64,000 nucleotides of DNA from Fimbriosthenelais zetlandica (lineage: Eukaryota). The notes beneath the pieces were generated by a model. That model had not been told where the DNA came from and made no database searches. It saw only the letters and a list, made by a program, of their open reading frames with translations. Of the stretch, positions 25,016-37,671 are shown in pieces (position 1 is the stretch's first letter; every line of letters starts with the position of its first letter). A program made the position numbers and the translations under genes. Location of the stretch: the NCBI GenBank assembly GCA_977030845.1, contig OZ365111.1:23436001-23500000 (forward strand), in the 5' to 3' direction.

Positions 25016-27103
25016 ATGTGCCTATAATGTGCCTATAATTGATCTGTATGAAAACAGCTTGTGGTGACATTGCCAGTACATTGAAGGCATGAATCAAAAC
25101 TAGCACTATTAGCTGACAAGATTACTATTCCTAGTTTTGTCTTAACTTGAATATTTCCTGACTTGCCTTCGATTGCTGATGATCTAACTGGCTGTAAAGT
25201 GCTATTTTATATCAAATACTGTTTTAGAGGACTGTGTTTCGTTTAGAAAATACTTAAATGATTTCCAAGGAGAACATAATATTATTATGACTGAATATTT
25301 AGTGTTTTATCAATCATGGTGCTTTTTAACCTATATAACTAGGCCTTATAGTTTATACTCTATTTTTTTTCTTGTAGGGGTCTCCATACACTTTTGCCAG
25401 TATTTGATATTTCAAGTATCGTTGACTTTTGAATGTAGATAATTTTGTAAAATGACTGTCACATATTGTATTTCGCAACTAACTTTTTATATTAAGTGTG
25501 CCTTGGTTAATACCCTTGATGGCAATGAACATTAAGTCTGATTGAAATTAAGACTTAAAATTCACCTTTACGTGCCTCATGATATAATTATGCAAGCAGT
25601 TACTCGCTAATCTATGTACAACCGATACTATTAATGTGCCAGTTAATGGAAATGAATCAATCCAATCGGTTGAATATGGCAGTACCAAATGTGTCTTAAA
25701 GGTTCCTTCCACCATCAAATAAGCAGCAACTAGATAATTATTATATAAATGACGAGTGTAAACTGTTGATAAATGTAAACTAAGGATGCCCTTCGAAGGT
25801 CACAATGTGTAGAGTATTCTAGTTCTATTTTTGAGGTTGAGTGTCACAATTTGTCTGTGTTTTCTGCACATGAACTAGCCAGAGAAAATGTATGCAAATT
25901 ATTAAATGTAGCCATATCCTTATATTGTGAGTAAATTGAGGAGAATGATAGAAGAATTACCCAGGTCACATATTACATGCTGTTATAACGATTTGTCGTC
26001 CACCCGAGGCAGCAAAAATTATACTCTATGGTTAGTGTGAGCATATTATCTTTATTTGCAGTAAACTGGGACAATTTTGTATGAATTATTATAATTGTGA
26101 GATGGCAATTTTGGAAATGGTGCCTTACAGTGTAGGTTTTATACCACAACACTAGCTTGTATTAACTGGAACTGGGTGATTTCCGCCTTGTTGTTCTGCT
26201 TTGACGGATCAACTAGTTGATACGTCGTTTTTTTGCAACGAGCTTGCTGATTGGCTGAGAGAAAGTAATTTTTACATTTAGATGGGACCTACAATAACTT
26301 GGTCTATTTTTTATCAAATTATGTAGAGAAAAATCTAAACAAATTATTCCCAAATATAAATTAAATGCTATAAAATTAAATAAGGGTTAGATCTAGGACT
26401 AGGTGAATAACTAAACTTGAAATAAATAGGTTTGGATAGCCTACTAAAGAAAATAAACTTACTTCACACCGAGCGGCGAAATTTTTCTCCCGATTTTATC
26501 ATAAAAGACGTGTTGCTAAGGAAAGATTTATCACCAAATTTTCTGATATACACTCACCAAATCCTACAATCTACATAAGAACACATTCGGGATAATTTAC
26601 TGAATAATATACTAGATTTTTAGTTATTTGTGTTTAGTTTTGAACCATGGGGAGAGAGGGAAGTTCAGTACCATGCTGAGCGGGAGTCTCAACTTGTCAT
26701 GTCTCAGAGTCAGGAAGATGCGAGCGAGCGATGTTTTAGTTTTAGGCAAAAATGTATTATAAGACAGGTTTATGAGGCTTAAAACCTACCAAATGTGAAG
26801 CATGAGAAGTTCGTCTTTTCAGTTAGGCCAATTCCAAGTGTGATGAAGTATTATAAATAGTCTTTATAAAAAGAAATACATCGTTATCCTCTGTCCGACT
26901 TCAGTTAGAGAATGACTTAGCGACCATGACGCCATTAATGACCTTCCCCTTGGTATGAGCTGCTCGGTTTGAAAATTATTCCTGATCTAATGAGGATTTG
27001 TAAGTTTTCTAATATTAAGTATATTAATAAATAGTAGATATAAGTATTTTTAAACATAAAATTGTGCAAGAACTTTGCAGTAAAAGTTTTATAGCAATTA
27101 ATG

Positions 27104-27212
27104 GCCAATCAGAATTAGTCTCTGTCACCAGCCCTTGGCAAAACTGCCAGCCAATCAACGTCGTTGTTATATCCTGACGTCGGTTGCACGCCAAAGGCAA
27201 AGATGGCGCCGC
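27104..27212 (+). promoter_or_regulatory. Housekeeping-type promoter signature
   Basis: CCAAT boxes at 27105 and 27151, CRE-like TGACGTCG 27175, YY1-type AAGATGGCGCC 27200-27210, CpG-rich patch in AT-rich context. Confidence 0.55.
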
Positions 27213-27233
27213 CCAGCAGGCAGAGTCTAGGAG
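27203..27233 (+). CDS. Candidate first coding exon MAPPSRQSLG of an unidentified gene
   Basis: ATG inside the YY1 motif (aagATGG), followed by GAG|GTATTT donor at 27234; no downstream exon confirmed. Confidence 0.3.
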
Positions 27234-27273
27234 GTATTTTGAGCCTATTTCTTACGAAATATAGGGTTGTGAT

Positions 27274-27438
27274 GTGGTATAAAGATCAAATCAAACTCGA
27301 AGGTGTTCCCTCGTGACGGATCACCAGCCTCGACTGTTTTTTCTGGCATATTCACTCGTTACACTCGTGAATATGCCAGAAAAAACACTCTCGGCTGGTG
27401 ATCCGTCACTCTGGAACACCTTCTCGTTAGATTTGATC
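27274..27438 (-). mobile_element. Hairpin/CTTTATACCAC family element
   Basis: ~70-bp imperfect inverted arms (27284-27355 / 27367-27438) with 21- and 17-bp perfect blocks; loop TCGTTACACTC (rc GAGTGTAACGA); GTGGTATAAAG at 27274-27284. Confidence 0.75.
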
Positions 27439-28759
27439 ATAATATCATTGGTTATATTTCAAAGATATTTTCATGGGGGTAATCGTTGGAACAGTGGCTC
27501 CACCTTTGCTTGCGGTTAGAAAAGGAAGTGAGCACTTCAAGCGGTTGCCACTAGGGTACAGCATAGAGCCCCGTTCTCTCAGTTCTCTATGGGTGGAAAG
27601 TCGGTCGTCCTGTCACTAGATGTTCATTCAACGGGTTCGATGCATATATCTAAATTAATTTGTGACAAAATGTATCTGAATGACTCTTCAGAATTAATTC
27701 ATAATTATAACCTTCATGTATACTATACGTATATAAATTTATGCTACATGCTCAATTAATTTGTATGAAGGATGTTTGAAACCAAAAGGATGGTCTCAAT
27801 TATTATGAGTCGAGGCACTTTATACTTTATACTTGGTTTTCCATGGCAATCATGTCCAACTGCTATAAGTTTAATGCCTCAATGGGCTGAGATTCATGCA
27901 CTGTATATTTTGCATACTAAAAATTAATCTTTAGTTGAACCTTTTTGTCTTTGCCAACACGGGGTTGTTAAAAATCTGTGTTTGATGCAGTCCACCTTTG
28001 TGCATATATATGCATTGGAAGCGCCTATATTAACATACATATGTCCATACGAACGCTGAAGAAAAGGGTCATTTGCATATACTACGCAATTGATTCACTA
28101 TCTCTATACAATCCTAAATATCCTGTACTCAATGACAAGTTGAGATTAACATTGTAATCTCAATGTACATCTTATGGCACGTCATACCGAATAGTTTTTA
28201 ATTAGTAGTATATGGAAATGGGGAATAATGCAAGGTTGTATTGAGATACATAGGGCTTAATGCCTTATGGACGTTGCCGGTACAATCACACATATACCAA
28301 ACAGTAGTATATGTAAATGGGAAATATTGATTGGCACCCGGAGTGTCAATCATCAAAGGGAATCGCCGTTGGTGGTCCCCTCGCCATCAACATTTTGTGC
28401 TCCATTAAATTTTGTCAATTGTTCTCAGCCGAGGATAGATGCAATAATTGGGCTACCTGGTGCTTTGTATCCAAGGCCAAACGATCCATCTGTTACAAAA
28501 GAAGGTATCAAAAGTGGCTAGGGTATTTGTCGAAGGGCATATATTTGTCTTTGTGCCAGATCAATGCGTAATTTATAAGCCATTCTTTTGGTTCACAGTG
28601 CGAAAGGGACATATAAAATAATGCTTATACTTTGATCATGATATTGGTTCCGATATTGTAACAAATCATTTAATTGTCTAGAGATTTCTATAGGCGATTA
28701 TTCAATTATCCAATTATTTCTGTTCCATATGGTGCATATTTCTACTGTTTCTTACTTTG

Positions 28760-29180
28760 TCTCTCTGGGTGTGAATGGTGTTCTGCCCAATAATTATTTT
28801 TGTGTGAATCAGTAGTTCGTAGCATAGACGTTTTTTGTTAGCTGAAAAATACTCTGCCAATTAAACTACTTGTAGCCTTTAAATAATTGTCAGTGGATTT
28901 GGGGTCCAACCTGCCCACTGATTTGACGGAAAGGTATCCCAAAGGCATTGTATATTACACGATATTTCTGGGCGTTTGTATTCGAGAACTTTCACGGTTA
29001 TTTTAGATATCCGGTAGTCTAAATGAAATATTCGGTTCCAAAGGTCATCAATTGTTGGTTTGAAGGAGTTGAATTCTGCAGACAGAAGGAGGTCTGTGTA
29101 GGCAAAATTTATTTGCGTCCATAAATGCTTGCCCGTTAAGTTAGAAAAAGCCATGGAAAAAGCCAAACTGGTCATCAAAT
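28760..29180 (-). mobile_element. Decayed Ty3/Gypsy-like integrase fragment
   Basis: Minus-strand reading IYNAFGIPFRQISGQVGPQIH*QLFK resembles the integrase core pattern RFGIP..I.SDQGPQF.S.LF; stops and frameshifts present. By-eye similarity only. Confidence 0.4.
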
Positions 29181-30206
29181 TAATTTGTTTAATTTTTGTA
29201 TGATTAAGAAGTGAATATTTAGGATATGGCGATATAAAAGGTAGTCTGCAGATAGCTTATCACTATCCTATTATTTGTAATTTGTAATACAAATGGTTGT
29301 AAATTGTCCATTTGAGTCCTTATGTTACCAGACACCAAGCCATAGTTTTATTCATTGTATATTGCTCTCAACAGATTGAAATATTGATACTATATTGTTA
29401 TATTGAAACATTATTTAGATATTTCATATTATGTCATTTATGTTCACTAATATTGCCCTTTAACGGCAAACAACAAATCGTTGTCTTCCAAGTTTGTAGA
29501 CATTTTAGTTTTATGTACATAATATGTTCAGACACATAACCTCATATATTATGCAGACAAGTTATAATAAAACATTCTTAACAGAAATTAACTTGACTAA
29601 TGTACTATTTCTTTTAACAAATATTTCGTATTTCCAGCTAAGTTCTGTTATACGGGATGTCTATATGGTTGCGAATCCTTCATCTGAAACACGAACAGGC
29701 TGTTATAGGTATACTTGCCAATTGAATCAAAGGCGAGCAACTGTTAAATTCCTATTGATAACAACAAAGATACACGCATAGGCGGGTATATAGGAAACAT
29801 ATTATTTCTATGTTGATGTATTCCATTACCGCCAGGTCAATTTAGCACATTTTCTAAATGGTAGGAGACCCTATGACCGTTTTCTGTAATACCTCAAAGA
29901 TCCTGTACACTTGTATAAAAACGGTATCTTATGTGCATACCATTTCTTCACCCTTTCCGATACCAATCACCCGCTCGACCCATTCATCCCTCTTACTCAC
30001 CTGGGGTCTGTTTCATAATAATTATGTATATGCAACAATGATGCACTACATTCATTTATGTTAAAGTCACTCTATCACCAATCTTCTTGACAAATTGTAC
30101 AGAAGGACTTTTACTTCACTGTTCCATTGAGCACTGTCTTTATGGTAGCATCTTATTGGCGCCTTACCTTTGTGTGACGTTATTTCCCAGCCAATGCCCA
30201 AACGAG

Positions 30207-30237
30207 AATCTAGGTCAAACTTCATAAATCTAGGTCA
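30207..30237 (+). promoter_or_regulatory. Two tandem ROR/Rev-erb response element matches
   Basis: AATCTAGGTCA at 30207 and 30227 fits WAWNTRGGTCA; produced by a ~20-bp duplication; CCAAT at 30191. Confidence 0.45.
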
Positions 30238-33200
30238 AACCTTCATAAAAGGAACTCCCATCACTGCTTATGGTCATGTGTAACACATCTTACTTTGAAA
30301 CGGTCCCTTGATGAGCGTACATGGTAATTAACCCATCTCAGTGTAACAAATTAAATCATGTATCTCTTATGTTAGGGTGTAATGGAAAGCTGTGATGCAT
30401 GGTAAATCTGTCTTAATAACACCATGAATTAACACACAAACATGCCCAGGACTCTAAAACACACCAAACGGCCATACAATTTACATTTTTGAGTGGGGCA
30501 CCTGCATGCACGAAGATTCAATGACGAATTGGTGCTTCTCTCCCCTACTAAGTCAGTCTTGATGGATTTAAGATCCCTTTCCGTTACGCTTGTTCCATCA
30601 CCCCTTTTGCGCCGAGGGTCAATAGCTATAAATCACCTTTGCCCAATTGCCGATAACATCCAGCAGGCCATTGTGCAAAATAAATGTAAGTAGCCAATGG
30701 GAATTTATTAATACAATATGATTTGGTAATTATATTTGGCAGTGATTTACCCAGAATCTGATCCTTTTCCATATCCCGCTTTCATTTCCGTGACTCGAAA
30801 GAACAAATCTCTAGATTTTATTTTGTTGATGAGAAATTGTTTGTGGTGGGGTCATTTCATCGTTTACATCTATACCATATGTCTGGCTATTAATTATTAT
30901 AATCTTAGAAGTATAAGTGCAATGTATTACCATTGGGAAAGGGTAGACCTATAATAGATTTATAGATAGAATAGCCCTCTCTATATCCAGCAGGCATAGG
31001 CACTCCTAACCCTTTTGAACTCGCCCAGTCATCTAAGACCAGCTAAGAACCATAGATTCACCTCTGATGCATTCCCTCTCCGGTTCCCAAGATGGTGAGA
31101 ACAAGTCATTGAGGCGTCTCCGATACATAACCGGTATCGACCTCTGTAGGCTAATGCCTGGAGGCCTCCCGCGGGTCCCAGCAAGGATATCCTAACCCTG
31201 TTTCATGACAGAGATACACTACATTAAGCCTATAAGGCTGGGATCCACTATCCATTGCATAACTACATTAAACCTACCTAGGAATAGGCATAATGAGACA
31301 CAACTTCATGTCTCTTATTTGATTCAGAATGTTCATAGATTTTTGTTTCGTGTGCAACTCACACATTTCTCAAGTTTGTTCCAAACATGTTGCCATAGTG
31401 TTATCGCAGTCTACTCCTTTTACAGGTCGTTCAACAATGTTTATGGTTTCACAACACCTGATCATAATAATGTTGCCTATGAATTGCTTTACTAATATAA
31501 TGTTATATTGTCATTATGTATTTCCTAATAAGACAGGGGCTTGAACAATGCTTTATAGACTGTGGTTTTGAAACAGGCCCAGGGATACAACAGACTGTTG
31601 CACAACACTTCCTTATAACATTGGAGTCTGAATTTAAGTCTATGGGCAAAATTTATGTAGCGCGTCCTCTCACTGAAACAGGCCCCTACGATAATAATAG
31701 ATGGAGTGTGCGAAATGGTCGGGGAGAGATCAATAAAGGATCCCACAAAAGTAGGGGCAAGTACTAGTGATAATGGATCTGTCAACTCAGAACTCTTTAA
31801 CTAGCTCCTCCTAGACTTGAACTGGACAGTAGAAAAGGAACAAGTTTAGTGTTGCCTATACATGGCTAAAGGAACGGGAAACCGTGTGGTGTAATGTAGC
31901 CTGGATTTGATTTCACAAGCCCAAAATTAACGCGATAACCAGAAGTTCTGTTGCTTTAGATTTCTGTCGCTTTCTTTTCGTTTATCGCAGTAGTGGAGCT
32001 CAGGCTTTAGTATAATGTATGGCCTTCAAAGTCCCATGAAATTGGAGAATTTACGTTTTGATTTATTCAGGAACTCCTCAGTCAGTACCCCTAATCTTCA
32101 CAAGTTATGTTTTCATGCTTATAAAGCACTCTCCTGCCAAGCCGCTGTCCTGAGAATGGAACCATGTTGTGCTGTCACCAACCGACAGCTAATCAATCCA
32201 AAGTAGGCGATGCACTCTCTGAAAAAGAGCGCGGGAAGAACATTTCTGTTTGATTTGACACCACGCCCAAACGATGCCCATTACACCATTACCGGTTTGA
32301 AGAACTTCCTGTTTTGTCGTATGACAATGGATATGTCAAGAATCCCTAAGTAATTCTAGAGTCGCGGCATATTGGCGATCAGCCTGTCGCCTGCTTTATG
32401 GGCCTGTACAGGTTTTCACTTTGCACCTGTCCTGTGAAACAAACGGAAGTGGAAGGTTGTATTTCTGGGTGCGGTCTTTTGATGCCTCAGACCCCTGATC
32501 CTAAAGTTATTTGTCATTTCGAATTGAGGCTGCAGGAGACAGGACAGAAATCCCACGGCAGATCAAAATGTCCCGAGGGAGATTCCGATGTGCACAGTCT
32601 GCTGAAGACAGAGTGCTTTTCTGAAACCTGTTGGCCATAGATTTTTGGGGTTTTGCAGTACTGATAATCCAAACTAATATTAAAAGATATTTCTACTACA
32701 TGTAATTCAATGGTTGGAACAGTTTGCCAAACAAACTTGACAAAATTAATAGTTAAAAAAGATTTTGTTTGCAATCCATATAACCACGTTCAGTCTTGAG
32801 TATGCAGGCAAAGAATGGTCCCATACATGTGCAGGAGCCTGCATGATCTACATGATTATGATGTCATTCCTGAGCAGATTGCAAGTGAATAAGTTTCCAT
32901 GCAGTCTGCTGATGATTACAATTACCTGAGATTTGAGATCTACATGAGACTATAGTTTATTTAATCCCAATAAATGATTTCTGAGATGTCAGAGCGTTTT
33001 ATATATCTTTAATAGTTATATTATCGAATTGCCAGACTAGATTTTCCAGACCGTTGTGAAATATGACTGCGCATTTTTTCTACTCAAACGTGGAAAGGTT
33101 CCAGTTTATACTGGGAGTCTGGCAAAGGCTCATGTCTGAGCATGTTCCCTTCTGTAATGTCTCTTTCAAAGATATCTTATTTTATACTTCAAACGACTGG

Positions 33201-34199
33201 CCCCCAAGCAAACCTTGTATCCTTTCTGCCCTGGTGATTATTCAGCCATCGCCCGTGTCATAGTTCCATCGACATCTCCGACTGCACGGGGGCTCTTCAA
33301 GGGCAAGAAAGCAGTGTTAAGACGAATTCATATTTGTGCAAGAGAGGGAGGACATAATTATTGTAGTTGGACCTTGTGCTTGAAGGACTAACTAGTTCTC
33401 AGTGGTTCTCAAGTCATCAAACGGTATACATAATGTATTTGTCTTTTTGCATGACCTTGTGCTTCGGTTGTAAATATTGAATTAGTTTAGGAAATAGTTC
33501 TGTAATGAGTCGACAATGCGACTACCATTCACAATTATAATGTGAAACAAAACCCATTTGAAATAACAAACAAAGAAAATTGACAAGGGCAAGGGCAAAT
33601 CCAGGGGCTCAGGACCTCCTCCCTTCTCTGTGTATTTTGTTGCCAAAATTGTATAATCTTTGGTATAATCTTGTATAATCATAATCTGGATTCTTGATTC
33701 TAACCTTTTGATAGAGGCTTTCTATAAAGTTCAATTGTTGCCTAAAAGTGCAGATTCCCCTGGATGTAGACATTTATCTCGGAAATAGGGCTATTTGGCT
33801 TCGTTCCCTTGCCCACCCATCAACTGCAAATGCCAGAAAACCATAATATATTGCTGAAGCAAGCTATTATTTGGGTCTTCCATTTTGGGTGTCACACTGC
33901 ATGGCCAAACCAGAGAGACCAGAAAACACGGGATATTCTGTTATACAGACGTGTATAAAAGGTATGAAAAAGCGGCCAAACTTATCAGAGCATCTCAAGT
34001 TTAAAAAGGCAGAACCTACTTAATTGCTCAAGTTCAATGTGTAAGATCCATCATCTTTCTTGCTACAGTAGAAAGAACATGTGTAGCTCTTAGCGTATAT
34101 GGAGTAGGGAGAGATATAAGGGCAGCTATAGGCTCGGAGGGGGGCTTGGCTTATGCTGGGGTGAGGCAGGTGCAGATTCCTTTCTAGCGCGGACAGGAA

Positions 34200-34350
34200 A
34201 TAAAGGAGAAAGCTAATTATACCATAGTGTTTTTTCCTCTTCAAAGCTTTGCCACATCTTCCAGAATGACCCTGTGTTTTATGCCTCATAAATCTGCCAT
34301 AGGTGTTTTCAACGAGCCATATGTTATCAGCATGTATAGCGATTAGGAAG
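34200..34350 (-). mobile_element. Possible decayed non-LTR retrotransposon RT fragment
   Basis: IHADNIWLVENT...CGKALKRKKHYGIISF loosely resembles LINE RT YADDIVLLAEN...WGL.VN.KKTK.I.F; weak. Confidence 0.25.
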
Positions 34351-37300
34351 CCAGGGGCTTTGGGGGAAGGGGAGGGGTAGGGTATTTGTGTATATATACG
34401 GGAGCTTAGAACATAAGTTGAAGACAATCATTGTATTGTTCGCATGTGTTCAGGTATTGCTAAAAAAAAAAAGCCACCCCTGGCAATGACAGCGTTGACA
34501 GGGATGATGCCATGGGGAAAAGGATGGGGCGGAGGTTTTCTTACAAGTGGGATTATTGATTGGGAAGCGAAGGATTTATGTGACAAGCTAGTGGAACAAC
34601 TAAAGCATTAATTAGATTCTCCTTCACTTTAGAGATAAGGTGGGAAATGATAGGGACTCCCTCCAGGGCTGTAGGTTCTGAGCTTTGTTTAACAATTATT
34701 TCATGGCTGGTGTTTTGCATTTTGGATCTCATGTATAATGTACATGTATACACGTAGCCTAAGTGAATAATGTATATTCATTTACTTCATGTCATTTTAT
34801 CAGTCATCTTGGACGTGAGAATGAATTTGTTGAATTGTCACAATGTCAGGATCAACTTTGAGGGCACTCTTCTCGTGCTTTCTCACGAAGAAAGAGAGTC
34901 ATCCATTAAGCATAGAACTATTATACATGTAGAGATCCTCTATATAGTTCTTTGATAATATTATCAGTTTTATTTCACCTTTTTTTAAATGCCATTGTTC
35001 AAACGTATTTAAATTGTCCCCAGTTGGCTTAAATTATCATAGTTTGCGATTAAAACTTCTAGGCCGAAAAGGACTATGAATTGCAGACTTGGAAATGAAT
35101 TTCATGCAGGCGTTTATTCCAAAATGACCGAATTGAATGACTCACTTCCGGTTTTGGACATGAATTACGAGGAAAACTAAACTCTTTTAGCTCATTCCGC
35201 CAGCATCTGAATGCATACATGCCCTGATGGGGGACTGAAAAAATGCATTTAGCACTCAAGGAAATTTGCAAAATTATTTTGGCTACCTTAATCTGCATCT
35301 GTCTTTGATTTGAAACACGCAGACTTGCATGGTGGTTTCCCCATTGGAACCATACTTCCGGGGTAGGCCCTCAGTTGGAAAGTGGGTGCTCATATTACAT
35401 TTATTATACCCCTGATACTGATCTCCCATAGCCTTAACATAGGAGTTTGATATTGGCATCAGAGTGCCATAATTTCTCCTGTATTGCACTCTGTGACGTC
35501 ACAGACATTGTTTCTAGGTTACAGCCGTATTTCTTCCATTTATTAACAATTTTTAATCGTTTTCTGGTGGTCAAAGGTATAATAAATCCATATATCCTTG
35601 GGTTACCGTGTACCATTTTCCTTCAGAAATGGGCATTTATATTCAAATGGAAATAAGTTTTTTTCTGATGATCCCCATATGAATTTGATAAGAAAAGGCT
35701 ACCCACTCTTTCACTGTCCTTGCTTTGGCATGAGAACATGTATACTCCTTTCTCCTCAAAATTATATAGGGCATAACGCACAGGTCTAGGCTTACATGGA
35801 GGAACCCACTTGGATTCTCAGTGCCCGACCCCAACGAATCACTCCAACTCCCCAGACTGTCAATCAATTTGTCTGGCCCCACCCCTTTCAATCAGCATGC
35901 CAATTGGCCTTTATCAATACCTCCTGGAGATGGGGAGAATTGATCTCCCTGCACCCTTCAGTGATACGAAGGGCTCTGACCGGGAACACAGAAATAGTTC
36001 CATTGTCCATTGAGCATGTGTCCCTTATCGCTCAATATCAGGTAATTGTTATGCATTGTTTGCTTGGTTTGTACGCCGACACCGCATCAAAGAATATTCA
36101 TCAACTATTGGATCACTCCTCGATAAACATTTGGTTATTTTTCTCAAAGGCTTAAAATATATCTCTGAATAGCAAACATTTTCCGTGCACCTATTTCTGA
36201 ATAGTAGGTCAATAGGTAATGTTCAATTGTGGTTAGAAATAAACTTAACTGGATTTTTAAAGTAGGCCTATTATACCAAATTTTATGTATTATATAATCT
36301 AAATATAAATGCATAGTCATCATCGGAAGTTAGATGGTTATTAATCATTCTTTGAAGATAATAACGATGACTCTTTATTGGATTGACACATCGAGTGAGA
36401 CGTATTGAACCCTACTTCTAATGTCCCCAAGAAAGCGACCTCCAGGACCTTATTTCTGAGGGCTTTTTTATTGGCTACCACTCCTATTAACCTACAGAAA
36501 TCTCTAGGCTTCCGATTGCCGAATCCCTCCACTCTTCTTATCACTTAGAACTCGGACGACCAGTCCGATTATCAACTAATGGCATCGGTAAAACCCTCCA
36601 CCTCTACTAGACCCAAATCTTATTTTTCTGATTGCAAACTCTCCCTGTTATCGCCCAAGACCCACCACTTCCGGGAACGGTGAGGAGCACGAACTGCTGA
36701 AACGGACGGGTTGTCGAGTAAATATACTCTTCCAATTTCACATGCAGACATTTTGGGCCGGAGCAATGTGTTACACGCTTGGATACACATGGGCTGGTTG
36801 GTAAAAGTGAAAGCCACTGGGCACACTTTTCCTTTCCCCAGAGAAATCCCAGCAATGTTCCTATCGGCTTCATATTTCAAAGACTAAAAAAGACGAGGAC
36901 ACATTTATGTGAATTGATTTTAGTGTTGAGCATTTGATACTCATGCTTTTAGTCTATTATGTATCTTAGCGCTCCTTTGCTGGCACCAGTGGTGGAATGA
37001 GCCAAAGCGGTTTGCTTTTCCTGGGAATTCTTGTTCTGGGCTGAAACAGAAACATTCGATTTTGCCATTTGGGAATAAAATGCATGCAGGAAAGTAATTT
37101 CCAAGACTACAATTTGTAGTAAAGCACTTTAGGCTACAGTCGATTTCACTTGTCGACAATGATAAATGATATTGGAAGAATGGTTTACAATTCTGACAGT
37201 CTAGAATGTTAGAAAAGGCATCGAAAATGCGTGGGATGCATGAGAAATGTCTTGAAATGCATCATGGTGCAATGCATGAAAAACGAATTTGAAAATCATT

Positions 37301-37646
37301 GACCTGGCATTGACCAGGGCTAATGACACTCATTCACCGATTGGGTTTTCTGATAGTAGTGCGTATGACTTAACATCGGATAAACCATTCCTTAATTAAA
37401 GACCAGGAAATGATATAAACCATAAATTAAAGAAAGGGTTGACATATGTCACATATTATATATACCGTAAACATGATAATTGACGATCTTTTATAGACAA
37501 CAAAATACATCCTTGGTGCCGAAAGGCCATCTGGGGCTTTCCCATGGCGAGCGGAGACAATCCTCTGAGGCCGGTCTTGATGCATGGACGTCATTGTTAT
37601 CTTCTGGGAGATGGGGCAAAATCTGAGAAGGAAGAATGGTTTGTCA

Positions 37647-37671
37647 GTAAACAATGACGTAAGTGACGTCA
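37647..37671 (+). promoter_or_regulatory. Compact Fox + double CRE motif cluster
   Basis: GTAAACA 37647, TGACGTAA 37655, TGACGTCA 37664. Confidence 0.35.
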
